Positions 38,141 through 48,170 of a stretch of 64,000 nucleotides of DNA are shown piece by piece (position 1 is the stretch's first letter; every line of letters starts with the position of its first letter). The notes under the pieces are model-generated. The model saw only the letters and a list, made by a program, of their open reading frames with translations, made no database searches and was not told the DNA's origin. The DNA is taken from IMG/VR virus record IMGVR_UViG_3300021399_000111, positions 1 through 64,000 of that record. One strand, written 5' to 3'. Source of the stretch: a virus (Duplodnaviria > Caudoviricetes). The position numbers and the translations under genes are program-made.

Positions 38141-38656
38141 GTGACTCTAATGATAGAATTAATTAATACATATGGAGTAGATCAAATTATTGTTATAATT
38201 GTGATGCTCTCTTTAGCAACTAAAGGTACACTTGATTTTATTGAGTGGGTGTTAAATAAATGCCGAAATAAATTTAATATTGAGTACAATAAGAAAAAAA
38301 GAGAAGAGAAAATAGATAATCAATATGAAATTTATGAAAAACAATATCAAGCATTAATTGATAGATATGAATCTCTTGATAAAAAGTTAGATTCTGCTTA
38401 TGATGTTTTCAAAGATAGATTAGATGGCATTGAAGGGAAAGTTAATCAGCTTACTCGATCTGATATGCATGACATAAAGGGATGGATTGTAGAGAAACAT
38501 CATAAACTTATTACCCAAGGATGGGTTGATGATTTTACAATGGATACTCTTGAAAAAAGATATTCAGATTATATTGCGGAAAAAGGTAATTCTTATGTAG
38601 AAGGATTAATGAATGAAATTCGCGCACTCCAGCATGTTTCACATAAAAATAATTGA
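38141..38656 (+). CDS. membrane-anchored coiled-coil protein (holin-like/lysis accessory)
   Basis: N-terminal TM, coiled coil, C-terminal Y..Y...GNSY...L...I..L. Confidence 0.55.
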   Translation: MTLMIELINTYGVDQIIVIIVMLSLATKGTLDFIEWVLNKCRNKFNIEYNKKKREEKIDNQYEIYEKQYQALIDRYESLDKKLDSAYDVFKDRLDGIEGKVNQLTRSDMHDIKGWIVEKHHKLITQGWVDDFTMDTLEKRYSDYIAEKGNSYVEGLMNEIRALQHVSHKNN

Positions 38657-38688
38657 TAAATTTTGGAGATAAAAGGAGGGATAATAAA

Positions 38689-40542
38689 ATGGCTTCTACA
38701 ACTTTATATCCACCTAATGTACCTAGTTATATACCTGCTTTTTCTATAAGACCAGATCCATTTATGGATAGGTGTAATTTAATTTTTACTTTGTCAGATA
38801 TTAATATGGATACAAATCAAGTTCAAGGTATCCATGTTTCTATTATTAAACAGTCAACTGGCAAAAGTGTTATAAATAAAAATTATAATAGGAATGGTTA
38901 TTATGGAGGATCTGGTATTCTTATTATAAATACAACATTAGATAATCTTTCTCACTACGAAAAAAATAATGAAACATTTTATAGATTAACGCTTACAGGA
39001 GATTATGTTACAATAGGAGATACTATAGGGTGGGGAATTGGATGGATTTATAAAATACAAATAAGATTTTCATCTGTTGCATATGATGAATCTATAGGAC
39101 AAACTGCTTGGTTAAATCTTAATGCCAATAACTTTTCAGAGTGGTCTACTTTTTGTGTCACGAAGGGTATTGGAAGACCAGTATGGACTTGTCCTTTAGC
39201 AGATAAAGATCTTATTACTATTAATAGCTCTACTTTAAATTTTATTGCAGATTATCAAAATCAAGATACTAGTGAAATTTTATATAGTTATAATTTAACA
39301 TTAATGAAGTATATATCTTCTCATAAATATAATGAAAGTACTGAAGAAGAATATGATTATGATAGTACAGAAGAAGTTCTTGAAGAGACAAATGAAATTT
39401 ATACTAATCAATATTATAATCCCAATCAAGTTCAATATAATTTTAAAAGTAAATTACAACCAACAGAAGAAACAGATGAAATTATAGAACCTGGTATACA
39501 TTTAATTACAGAAATTGAATATGAATTGCATATGGATTATACTACTTTAAATAAATATAATAATTCTTTTTATTATTATATTGATGTAGAATATTCAGAA
39601 GATGCACAAACTCCTGTTCAAGTGATTACCGCAGATAATATTGATGCGGTAAGTGACCAATCTTTTAAAGATGATTTTAATTCTCATACTTTTATAGCTC
39701 AAGAAGAAGAAGAAGGTAGAATTGGATTAAAATTGTATCTTAATGATGATACTCCTCGTGATGATACTTTTATTATTACAAGAGCAGATAGTAAAGATAA
39801 TTTTCAAACTTGGACAGATATTAAATGGGTATTTTGTTATGAAACTGTAATTAATGAATTACCTATGATTTATGACTACACAATAGAAAGTGGTATTTGG
39901 TATAAATATAGTATTCAAACTTATAGATATGATGATGAACATGGTGTTTATGTACGAGGTATGATGAATACTATGACTATCCCAATAATTCGTGAATTTG
40001 AATTTGCTTATTTAATAGGGGAAGGCGGGCGCCAGCTTAAATTAAAATTTAATAATACTATGAATAATTATACATATAATCTTTCAGATGGAAAACAAGA
40101 TCCAATTGGTGGCCAATATCCTTTTATTTCTAGAAATGGCAATTTAAAATATAGAACAATACCTATTAATGGATTAATTTCATTTAATATGGATGAACAA
40201 GAATTGTTTACAACAGATCTTGAATTATATAAATATCCAGAAATTGTTGAATTATATCAAAATAGACATAAAAAATATTATGATTATGATTATATTAAAG
40301 AGAGAGATTTTAGAGAAGCAGTTTTAGCATTTTTACAAGATGGTAAACCAAAACTTTTTAAATCTACAACTGAAGGCAATATAATTATAAGATTAATAGG
40401 GGTTTCCGCACAGCCTAATCAAACTTTAAATAGAATGATATATAGCTTTACCGCCACTGGACATGAAATTGCGGATGCCACTATGGAAAATTATCTAAAA
40501 TATAAGTTCTACTCTACTGGTGAAGAGGAGGACGAAATATGA
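38689..40542 (+). CDS. baseplate/distal tail structural protein
   Basis: Start MASTTLYPP after AGGAGG; FN3-like DYTIESGIWYKY; C-terminal FL.DGKPKLFKS.TEGN. Confidence 0.55.
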   Translation: MASTTLYPPNVPSYIPAFSIRPDPFMDRCNLIFTLSDINMDTNQVQGIHVSIIKQSTGKSVINKNYNRNGYYGGSGILIINTTLDNLSHYEKNNETFYRLTLTGDYVTIGDTIGWGIGWIYKIQIRFSSVAYDESIGQTAWLNLNANNFSEWSTFCVTKGIGRPVWTCPLADKDLITINSSTLNFIADYQNQDTSEILYSYNLTLMKYISSHKYNESTEEEYDYDSTEEVLEETNEIYTNQYYNPNQVQYNFKSKLQPTEETDEIIEPGIHLITEIEYELHMDYTTLNKYNNSFYYYIDVEYSEDAQTPVQVITADNIDAVSDQSFKDDFNSHTFIAQEEEEGRIGLKLYLNDDTPRDDTFIITRADSKDNFQTWTDIKWVFCYETVINELPMIYDYTIESGIWYKYSIQTYRYDDEHGVYVRGMMNTMTIPIIREFEFAYLIGEGGRQLKLKFNNTMNNYTYNLSDGKQDPIGGQYPFISRNGNLKYRTIPINGLISFNMDEQELFTTDLELYKYPEIVELYQNRHKKYYDYDYIKERDFREAVLAFLQDGKPKLFKSTTEGNIIIRLIGVSAQPNQTLNRMIYSFTATGHEIADATMENYLKYKFYSTGEEEDEI

Positions 40543-42764
40543 GAGATATAGATAAAGTTCTCGACGCTGAATTTTTAAAAGCACTAGATAAAGAAAATAT
40601 TAAAGTTTATTATGCTAAATTAATAATTTTAGATAAAGATGATGTGCCGATCCGCCCCATTGAGGGGCGGGTCTCCGCAGGCTCATTATCAATTAATGGT
40701 AATTCTTCTGTTAGAAGAGCTGGTAATATCTCTTTTTTGGCGGAAGAGGGGAATAATGATTTAACAGATATAGATAATTTATTATCTATTAATAAAAAAG
40801 TTAAAATTTTAATTGGTTTTGAGAACCATATTAATGATGACTATCCTCCTATTATTTGGTTTAATCAAGGAATTTTTGTTATTTCAAAACCTAGTTTACA
40901 GCATACTGTTAGCGGCGTTGTTATATCTTTACAACTTAAAGATAAAATGGCATTATTGAATGGAGATGCGGGAGGCAAATTACCTACTTCTATTATTTTC
41001 CATGAATATGACCAAGTTATAGGTTTTGATGATAATGAAGGACACAATGCAGAATATTATTTTTCTGATGATTATTCTAAAGGTTATCCGCCTTATGATA
41101 CTTTAAATATGCCAGGCACTAATGAAGAAATTAATGGAAATGATTTGTATGTAAACAATTCAAATATTTTTACTGTAGATGAAAAAGAAACGCTTACAAT
41201 TTTGCCTAGCGGGTTGTATGGATATCCAGACTTTCCAGAGAATCCTAACACTTATACTGTCTATTTAGTTTTAGGAAAAATGTATATGTGGAATCAAGCT
41301 AATGGATGGTTTGAAGTTGATCAATCTAAAATTGGTGAAATAATGACAGTTAAGCAAAGAATTTTTGATATTATACAAACATTAGTTTGTAATTATGGTG
41401 GAGAAAGTATTTCTAAAATTATTATTAATGATATTCCTCTTGAATTAAAAGCTTCTGTAAGGAACACTGGAGCTAATACAATTTGGTATAATGCTAGTTC
41501 TGGTGTATATACATTAAATACTGAAGAAACATATGCAGATCCTGATGAATGGCGTCCTTTTAATTACAATGAAGATTGTGGATATATTTATACTGATTTT
41601 ATATATCCAGGAGATTTAGTTTCTTCTATTGGAGATAGTGTATGTAGTATTCTTGATAAAATCATAGGAGTTTTAGGTAATTATGAATACTTTTATGATG
41701 TCGAAGGTAATTTTGTATTTCAAGAAAAAAAGAATTATTTAAATACAAGCTATGAACCTACTGTCTTAGAGATGGATTCAAGTATTTTAAATAGTAATAA
41801 TTATTTAGTTGATTTTAGTCATTATCAAAAATCTATTTATACTTTTGAAGAGGGCAGCTCTTTAATAACCTCTTATTCAAATAGCCCTAATTATGAAAAT
41901 ATTAAAAATGATTATCATATTTGGGGAAAAAATCAAGATGGTTTAGTTATTCATTATCATTTAGTTATTAAAGAAAAACCACCCTATTATAATACAACTA
42001 ATTCATATAGTGAAGAACCTTATATGATAGTTCCTATTGAAGACGAGGATGGAGATCTTACAGGCCGAATTAGACTCGCAGTTGGAGATGAAAAAGGTAT
42101 TCCTTATTATGCAAAAGATTGGCGGGCAGAATTATATCTTCAAGGTTTAACTAAGCAAGCTGATCAAATTAGACCTGATATATATGAGCAAGAAATTCTT
42201 GATTTATTTGATGGTATCTATAGTATGCTTGGTCAAGAATTTAAATATGATATAATTAATAGGCCTAATGATTTATTATACTGGATAGATTATATAGATC
42301 CAGATAGGCTTCATGATTTATCTGTTGAAAGTATAGGTACTAAAATATATAGTTATCAGAAAGAAAAAATTAATAGATTATATAATAGTGATATCCCTGA
42401 TTTAGTATTAATAGATAAAACATTTGCGGATGTTTCACAAGCATATTTAATTGCTAAATGCGAAGAAATTGGACAACCTTATTCAAGAGTTTCACATAAT
42501 GTTTATTCAAATCTCTCTGTTGGAACTGTAGGATATACAGCACAAGAAACAGCGAGAGATTTTTTATATCAATATACAGATTACATGTCATCAATCTCTT
42601 TAACGAGTATTCCAATTTATTATTTAGATGTAAATACAAGAATTACTGTAAATGATAAATCTTCTGGAATATATGGTGATTATATAATTAATTCAATTAA
42701 TTTGCCTTTAGATGCAAAGAATACAATGACCATTTCCGCATCTAGGGCATTAGAAAGAGTTTAA
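40539..42764 (+). CDS. baseplate hub / tail structural protein
   Basis: SLSINGNSSVRR...DKMALLNG...YEYFYDVEGNFVFQEK...IPIYYLDVNTRI pattern of hub-like proteins. Confidence 0.55.
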   Translation: MRDIDKVLDAEFLKALDKENIKVYYAKLIILDKDDVPIRPIEGRVSAGSLSINGNSSVRRAGNISFLAEEGNNDLTDIDNLLSINKKVKILIGFENHINDDYPPIIWFNQGIFVISKPSLQHTVSGVVISLQLKDKMALLNGDAGGKLPTSIIFHEYDQVIGFDDNEGHNAEYYFSDDYSKGYPPYDTLNMPGTNEEINGNDLYVNNSNIFTVDEKETLTILPSGLYGYPDFPENPNTYTVYLVLGKMYMWNQANGWFEVDQSKIGEIMTVKQRIFDIIQTLVCNYGGESISKIIINDIPLELKASVRNTGANTIWYNASSGVYTLNTEETYADPDEWRPFNYNEDCGYIYTDFIYPGDLVSSIGDSVCSILDKIIGVLGNYEYFYDVEGNFVFQEKKNYLNTSYEPTVLEMDSSILNSNNYLVDFSHYQKSIYTFEEGSSLITSYSNSPNYENIKNDYHIWGKNQDGLVIHYHLVIKEKPPYYNTTNSYSEEPYMIVPIEDEDGDLTGRIRLAVGDEKGIPYYAKDWRAELYLQGLTKQADQIRPDIYEQEILDLFDGIYSMLGQEFKYDIINRPNDLLYWIDYIDPDRLHDLSVESIGTKIYSYQKEKINRLYNSDIPDLVLIDKTFADVSQAYLIAKCEEIGQPYSRVSHNVYSNLSVGTVGYTAQETARDFLYQYTDYMSSISLTSIPIYYLDVNTRITVNDKSSGIYGDYIINSINLPLDAKNTMTISASRALERV

Positions 42765-42778
42765 AGGAGGTAAAAGAT

Positions 42779-43504
42779 ATGGGAGATCCTGTACAAAAAG
42801 ATCCAACACCAGCAACACCAATTTCCGCAGATCCAGAACCTTCTCTTCAAGACTCTCTGAATTTTATTAAACGAATTCGGATACAAAATAATACTCTTAA
42901 AGAGTATGATACTAGATCTCTTGGCGGAAGCGCTCAAAATGTTTATGTTTTATATGATAAAGATGGTGGAATTATTACAGACAATGAGACTGAACCAGAT
43001 GATTATAAAACATTAGCTGAATTTTTAAAAGAAACTAATCTTACTGTTAATAATTTAGCTCCTAAAGACCATTCTTCAATAGAAGGAATTTATGGTTTAG
43101 CAACTGATCAAAAATATGGTCATGTAAAATTAGGGTATGGATTAAAAATTGCGGAAGACGGATCTACAACCTTAGATCGTGAAGCTATTGTATCACCTAA
43201 TGATCCTAGATTATCAGATGCTCGTGAACCAATTAGTCATGCGGCAAGTGATGATTCTTATGGATTAGGCACTTCTACATATTTTGGTCATATAATGATT
43301 TCTGATGATTATGATGTAGAGAATCCTGATGTAGAAGAAAGTGGCGCAGATGCTAGTGTCGCCGCATCCGCATTTGCTCTTCAACAAGCATATCAAACAA
43401 CTCAAGAAGAACTTTCTCATTATTCAACTGCGGAAGAATTATTAGGTATTATGACACAAGAAATAGATTTAGCAGTACAAAATATATTAGGAACGGCATA
43501 CTAA
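42779..43504 (+). CDS. tail fibre shaft-type protein
   Basis: Repeats HSS....YGLA....YGHVKL and DPRLSDAR.P..HA....YG......FGH. Confidence 0.6.
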   Translation: MGDPVQKDPTPATPISADPEPSLQDSLNFIKRIRIQNNTLKEYDTRSLGGSAQNVYVLYDKDGGIITDNETEPDDYKTLAEFLKETNLTVNNLAPKDHSSIEGIYGLATDQKYGHVKLGYGLKIAEDGSTTLDREAIVSPNDPRLSDAREPISHAASDDSYGLGTSTYFGHIMISDDYDVENPDVEESGADASVAASAFALQQAYQTTQEELSHYSTAEELLGIMTQEIDLAVQNILGTAY

Positions 43505-43519
43505 GAAAGGGGGATTTAT

Positions 43520-46045
43520 ATGGGAACATTAAATAGAGTATATATAAATTCCCCTGAGAACAATGGTGAATTTGAATTTCAAGCACAAAATATTGATTAT
43601 ACAATACCAGGTTCTACTATTAAAACATCTGTTGCTTCTGTTTTAAAAAATTTAACTGAGCAAACTGGTGATGAAGGACTTGCGCCTACAGACCATTCAT
43701 CTAAAACCTCAGAATATGGTATGGCTTCTACTACTAAATATGGACATATTAAGATAGGTGAAGGATTAATAGGTCCGCAAGGCGGCGGTGGGTTTGATAC
43801 ATTGCCTTTTAATTTAAAAAGTGGTAGAAATCAATGTGCCACTGATGGTAAAGATACTTATATTTTTATTGCAGATAATGATTCTACTATTGAATTTTGG
43901 ATACTTGATCAAAATGGATTCTCTAAAATACGTGTTGTGCCTCAAATTTTAGATAATTTTGATGGATATGTAATATATATTAGTAATACTTTTACATTTG
44001 TATACGGCAATTTTAGTATAAGTTATGATCTTTCTACAAGAAATTGGAGAAGCAGTGTTACACTTCCTTTTAATATTAATCAAAATAATAGTTTTATAAC
44101 ATCTGTTTCACAAAATAGCGGTATTATTACATTTTATTCAAATGATAATAATGGATATATTTTCTTAGATCCTTTAAGTGGATCTGTATTACCATTTTCA
44201 ACCTTAGAAATATCAACACCAGCTTTTCAGCTAACTGGAAATTTTGATAATAAGTCTACAGTATTTATTTTTGATTCTTATACTACAACAATGTGGCTTT
44301 TAAATATAAATACTGGAGTTTGGGATAGTGCTCCGCTTACGACTTTAGGTGGAATGGTATCTACTACTTCATATTATTATGATCATTTTTTTTATATTAT
44401 TGGACGGACAACGAGTAAGCCCTCATCTTTAGCTTTTATAAAACAATATGGGTCACGACAATTAGATAGCTCTATTAGATCATTAGGCTCAGTACTATTT
44501 ATTAATGATAAATTTTACATTTTCCAGGGAGAAAAAGTTGTTGGCGGAGCTGCAACATCTATTTATTCGCATTCTAATGAATATTCATCATCATGGGAAA
44601 GGGATAGTTTGTCTATTGAATCAAATAGTTCTGGAATCACTCCTACTGGACCTGATCCTCGCCCAGCCCCTGACCCAGATCCAAATGCATTAACAATAGA
44701 TCCAGAGTATGCATTGGATTCTGATGATGAGAGATTGGAAGATGAAAGAACTCCATTCCCGCATGCATCTCTTGATACTCGATATGGAGCTAGTACTATT
44801 GAATTATATGGTCATAGTAAATTAGTTGATGATTACGCTAATGTAGGTCTTGATATAAATGGTGAAAGTAGTGTTACAATTTCAGAATTATCCACGACTA
44901 TATGGCAAAGACATAATGTCGCAGTAAATAAGAATGGCGAAATTTTAGCAATAAGTTCATTAGATTTTAATGATGATCAATGGACTCCCGCATATTCTTT
45001 TTATTCATCTACAAAGCCAATTGTAGAAAATCAAAGACACCCAGTAATTTATGATTTTGATAGTTGTCAAGTAGAATGTTTAAATGATGATACTTTTATT
45101 ATTGTAGGTTCTTGTGAACCTTCTTATGCAGGACTTTATATGTATAAAATAACAAATGATCAATGGACTCGTTTATCAGATTTACCTTTTGATTTTTGCA
45201 ATGATCTTTATTCTGGACAAATTGCAAAAGATACTTTTAAATCATCTTCTAGAGATTATGAAGATTCTGTTTTAATTATGTTATATAATAGCAATTTACC
45301 TGGATATGTATTTTATTGGTATAATGAAGAAGATGGATTAGTGTCAGCTTTTGAAGAAGGAGATTATCTACCTAGTTCATATGTAGATGATTCTTCTGGC
45401 AATACTGCATATTTATATAGTAATAATTTAACACTAGTAATAACACCTGGTTATTATGTTGTTTTAGATATATATAATAGACGCATGTGGAAACATACAA
45501 TGGATTATTCCGGAGAATGGCATTATTCAGGTCATCTTTTACCAATACCTGATTCTTATTCAAATACTTATCCAAGTGCTCTTGTTTATGGCGGGGATGA
45601 TATAAATATGGCTTATTTGCATATAATTGGCAGAAATAATGATAATGGTGGAATTTTTCATGGTACATTTGATTTATTTAATATGAATTGGGATGAAGCA
45701 AACACTGAAAATATTTCTTTAAGAGGATATGATTCTTATAATGGTGAATATTCTTTTATTTTAAAAGATAATAAATTATATTTATTTACAGACACAGATC
45801 AAAATACTACTAAGATTTATTCATGCAGAGCAGACACAATGCAGCCTGTATGGGTGGAAGATAGTATTACTTTTGATATAAAACCTAGTTCGAAAACTTG
45901 TGGCGGAAATGGCATATCTGCATCTTCTTATTCTGTTAATATGTTTAAGAATGATACTTTAAAACAGATAGCTACTATTATGCCAGCAAGTAATTTTACA
46001 GATGAATTACATAGAAGAATGGAAAAGTATATAAAATCTTCTTGA
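43520..46045 (+). CDS. receptor-binding / tail fibre protein with two inserted beta-propeller-like modules
   Basis: Same shaft motifs as 42779-43504, interrupted by Kelch-like beta-rich segments. Confidence 0.6.
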   Translation: MGTLNRVYINSPENNGEFEFQAQNIDYTIPGSTIKTSVASVLKNLTEQTGDEGLAPTDHSSKTSEYGMASTTKYGHIKIGEGLIGPQGGGGFDTLPFNLKSGRNQCATDGKDTYIFIADNDSTIEFWILDQNGFSKIRVVPQILDNFDGYVIYISNTFTFVYGNFSISYDLSTRNWRSSVTLPFNINQNNSFITSVSQNSGIITFYSNDNNGYIFLDPLSGSVLPFSTLEISTPAFQLTGNFDNKSTVFIFDSYTTTMWLLNINTGVWDSAPLTTLGGMVSTTSYYYDHFFYIIGRTTSKPSSLAFIKQYGSRQLDSSIRSLGSVLFINDKFYIFQGEKVVGGAATSIYSHSNEYSSSWERDSLSIESNSSGITPTGPDPRPAPDPDPNALTIDPEYALDSDDERLEDERTPFPHASLDTRYGASTIELYGHSKLVDDYANVGLDINGESSVTISELSTTIWQRHNVAVNKNGEILAISSLDFNDDQWTPAYSFYSSTKPIVENQRHPVIYDFDSCQVECLNDDTFIIVGSCEPSYAGLYMYKITNDQWTRLSDLPFDFCNDLYSGQIAKDTFKSSSRDYEDSVLIMLYNSNLPGYVFYWYNEEDGLVSAFEEGDYLPSSYVDDSSGNTAYLYSNNLTLVITPGYYVVLDIYNRRMWKHTMDYSGEWHYSGHLLPIPDSYSNTYPSALVYGGDDINMAYLHIIGRNNDNGGIFHGTFDLFNMNWDEANTENISLRGYDSYNGEYSFILKDNKLYLFTDTDQNTTKIYSCRADTMQPVWVEDSITFDIKPSSKTCGGNGISASSYSVNMFKNDTLKQIATIMPASNFTDELHRRMEKYIKSS

Positions 46046-46094
46046 CTAGTTTGAAAATTTTTGGTATAATTAAGACATAAGGAGAAATAAACTT

Positions 46095-46640
46095 ATGGAA
46101 AATATATTAGCTGTAGATGCTAGCACTAAAAGAACAGGTCTAGCTACAATTATTAATGGACAAATTAAATATAGTGTAATAGCTAGCTCATCAGCGAATG
46201 TAGAAAAACGAATTGGAATAATGCGGGATGGCATTATTCAATTTATTAAAGATAATAATATTGATAAAGTTATATTAGAAGAAGTGCATACAGAAGTAGC
46301 AAATAATCATATCCAAAAAATGCTTACTTGGTTACAAGGCTGCATTGTAGTAGCTATTTTTGAATATAATAAAAATATTAAAGTTGAATTTATTGGAGCA
46401 AGTTCTTGGAGAAGTGTTCTTGGATTGCAGGGATATAGAGTCAAAAGAGAACAGCAGAAACAAAAAGATATAGATTATGTAAATTCAACTTATGGATTAT
46501 CTTTAACTACTAGTCAAGATGATGAAGCAGATGCTATTTGTATTTTAACCGCCTATTTAAAAAACTCAGATAAGATGATTTTAAAAGAGGTTGTAAATAC
46601 AAAGCCTCAATCTATTTTAGAATATGAGAGCGCGTTTTGA
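46095..46640 (+). CDS. ruvC: RuvC-like Holliday junction resolvase
   Basis: ILAVDAST..TG, VILEE, DDEADAI; own promoter TTGACT-17-TATAAT at 46042-46070. Confidence 0.8.
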   Translation: MENILAVDASTKRTGLATIINGQIKYSVIASSSANVEKRIGIMRDGIIQFIKDNNIDKVILEEVHTEVANNHIQKMLTWLQGCIVVAIFEYNKNIKVEFIGASSWRSVLGLQGYRVKREQQKQKDIDYVNSTYGLSLTTSQDDEADAICILTAYLKNSDKMILKEVVNTKPQSILEYESAF

Positions 46641-46697
46641 TGCGGCGGGGCAGTCTAGTTCTATACATGCCTAGGTGAGCCGGTCCCCGCAGATTAA

Positions 46698-46745
46698 CAA
46701 AAAAAATGAGCCTTGTTGCAATAAAGCAGCAAGGCTCATTTTTAT
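46698..46745. terminator. bidirectional terminator at the convergence of the two arms
   Basis: AAAAAAATGAGCCTTGTTGC-AATAAA-GCAGCAAGGCTCATTTTT. Confidence 0.85.
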
Positions 46746-46746
46746 T

Positions 46747-47184
46747 TTATACACCTGTGGAACCAAAACCGCCAGCTCCACGTTCAGTTTCTTCTAATTC
46801 AGTTGTAAGTTCAAAATTTACATCAATATAAGGAAGAAATACTAATTGAGCAATTCTCATTCCATTTGAAACCCAGAGACAATCATCAGAATGGTTATGA
46901 AGTGCAACGATATATTCACCAGTATAATCTTCATCGCATACACCTACCTTATTAGCTGGAGCCAAACCATTTTTAATGGCTAACCCAGAGCGAGCAAAAA
47001 TAGCTCCAAAGTATCCTTCAGGTGGCGTTACCGCAATACCAGTTCCAATCTTTACAGTTTCGTGAGGCCCAATAAGTACATCATTATTAACGCAAGCATA
47101 AAGATCATATCCTGCAGCCTTTTCTGATCCTTTTGTAGGAATCTTTGCTTTAGAATTTAGCTTTTTAATTTTAGCAGTAAGCAT
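46747..47184 (-). CDS. dut: trimeric dUTPase
   Basis: AAGYDL, RSGLA, GVCDEDYTGE, RIAQL, RGAGGFGSTG. Confidence 0.95.
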   Translation of the reverse strand: MLTAKIKKLNSKAKIPTKGSEKAAGYDLYACVNNDVLIGPHETVKIGTGIAVTPPEGYFGAIFARSGLAIKNGLAPANKVGVCDEDYTGEYIVALHNHSDDCLWVSNGMRIAQLVFLPYIDVNFELTTELEETERGAGGFGSTGV

Positions 47185-47471
47185 TATTCATCCTCCTCAA
47201 TTGCATCAACTGGCTCAGGAAATGCTCCAAGCTGCACATCATAAGAAACAGCAACTGTAACATCAGGTTCTTTCTCTGTTGTAAAATCTTTGATAAGAGT
47301 AACTCTATGCCACTCATCGACAATTTCACCTTTTGCTTTTGAGCATTTATATTCATTAGAATATTTACTAACTGTATAATTATGGTCTTTCTTTGCCTCT
47401 TCAATAAGAGCTTTTGCTTCAGATTCAGATTCAACTCTATAAACTTCTGTAGTTCTAATCAAATATTTCAT
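47184..47471 (-). CDS. hypothetical protein (95 aa)
   Basis: Coupled ORF in operon. Confidence 0.65.
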   Translation of the reverse strand: MKYLIRTTEVYRVESESEAKALIEEAKKDHNYTVSKYSNEYKCSKAKGEIVDEWHRVTLIKDFTTEKEPDVTVAVSYDVQLGAFPEPVDAIEEDE

Positions 47472-47476
47472 TATTT

Positions 47477-47758
47477 TTATCCTCTCGATTGAAATTCAAT
47501 AGCAATATTATTTTCTGCAAAATGAGTTTTTAATTTATCAGCAAAACCATAATTATATTTCTCATTCCCGCAAAAAATAATTTTATTAATTTGATAAATC
47601 TCACTTAACTCTTTAATTTTATCAACAACAGAATCTGTAGGTACTTGAATTACTGTTTGGCATGAATCATTTTCATCATATACATAAATTGACTGCTGTA
47701 AATCAAAGAGCTGTAAATTAACAACTAGTTTATTCATATTTTTACTCCGTACAATCAA
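47477..47758 (-). CDS. hypothetical protein
   Basis: Coupled ORF; the start may be MNKLVV. Confidence 0.6.
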   Translation of the reverse strand: MIVRSKNMNKLVVNLQLFDLQQSIYVYDENDSCQTVIQVPTDSVVDKIKELSEIYQINKIIFCGNEKYNYGFADKLKTHFAENNIAIEFQSRG

Positions 47759-48113
47759 TTATTCCCATTGTATAATCAAAAAGGAAATAAGCAAAATTTT
47801 CATTAGTTCCCGAGTCTCTAATCCAAATTTCCCAGCCGCCGCCTTCTGGAATTGCATCGATGAAAAGAACTGAGCCTCTATTTTTAAGAGTTGGCATTAA
47901 TTCTTTTGTAATTTTCTTCCTTGATTCTACATTTTCAGTACGAAATACAGTATAATCAAAGCGTTCTCTACACAAAAGCATCCAATATGGTTTCTTCATC
48001 ATCTCATCAGCAATTTCATTTACCTTTTTATTAAAAGTAATTCCATCCATTTGGTCAGCTGTAGTTGCATATTGCTTACTCATTTCATACAATGTAATAG
48101 TAGCTTCCGCCAT
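47742..48113 (-). CDS. hypothetical protein (123 aa)
   Basis: AAGGAG RBS; promoter TTGACA-17-TATAAT at 48174-48146. Confidence 0.7.
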   Translation of the reverse strand: MAEATITLYEMSKQYATTADQMDGITFNKKVNEIADEMMKKPYWMLLCRERFDYTVFRTENVESRKKITKELMPTLKNRGSVLFIDAIPEGGGWEIWIRDSGTNENFAYFLFDYTMGIIDCTE

Positions 48114-48170
48114 TAGAACTTTCTCCTTTTTTATTTTCTAAATATATTATAACATTTTTTTTATAAAATG

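Noticed and set aside
37685-38656. Endolysin next to the holins
   Set aside because: No amidase or glycosidase motifs were recognised. It probably lies outside the window.
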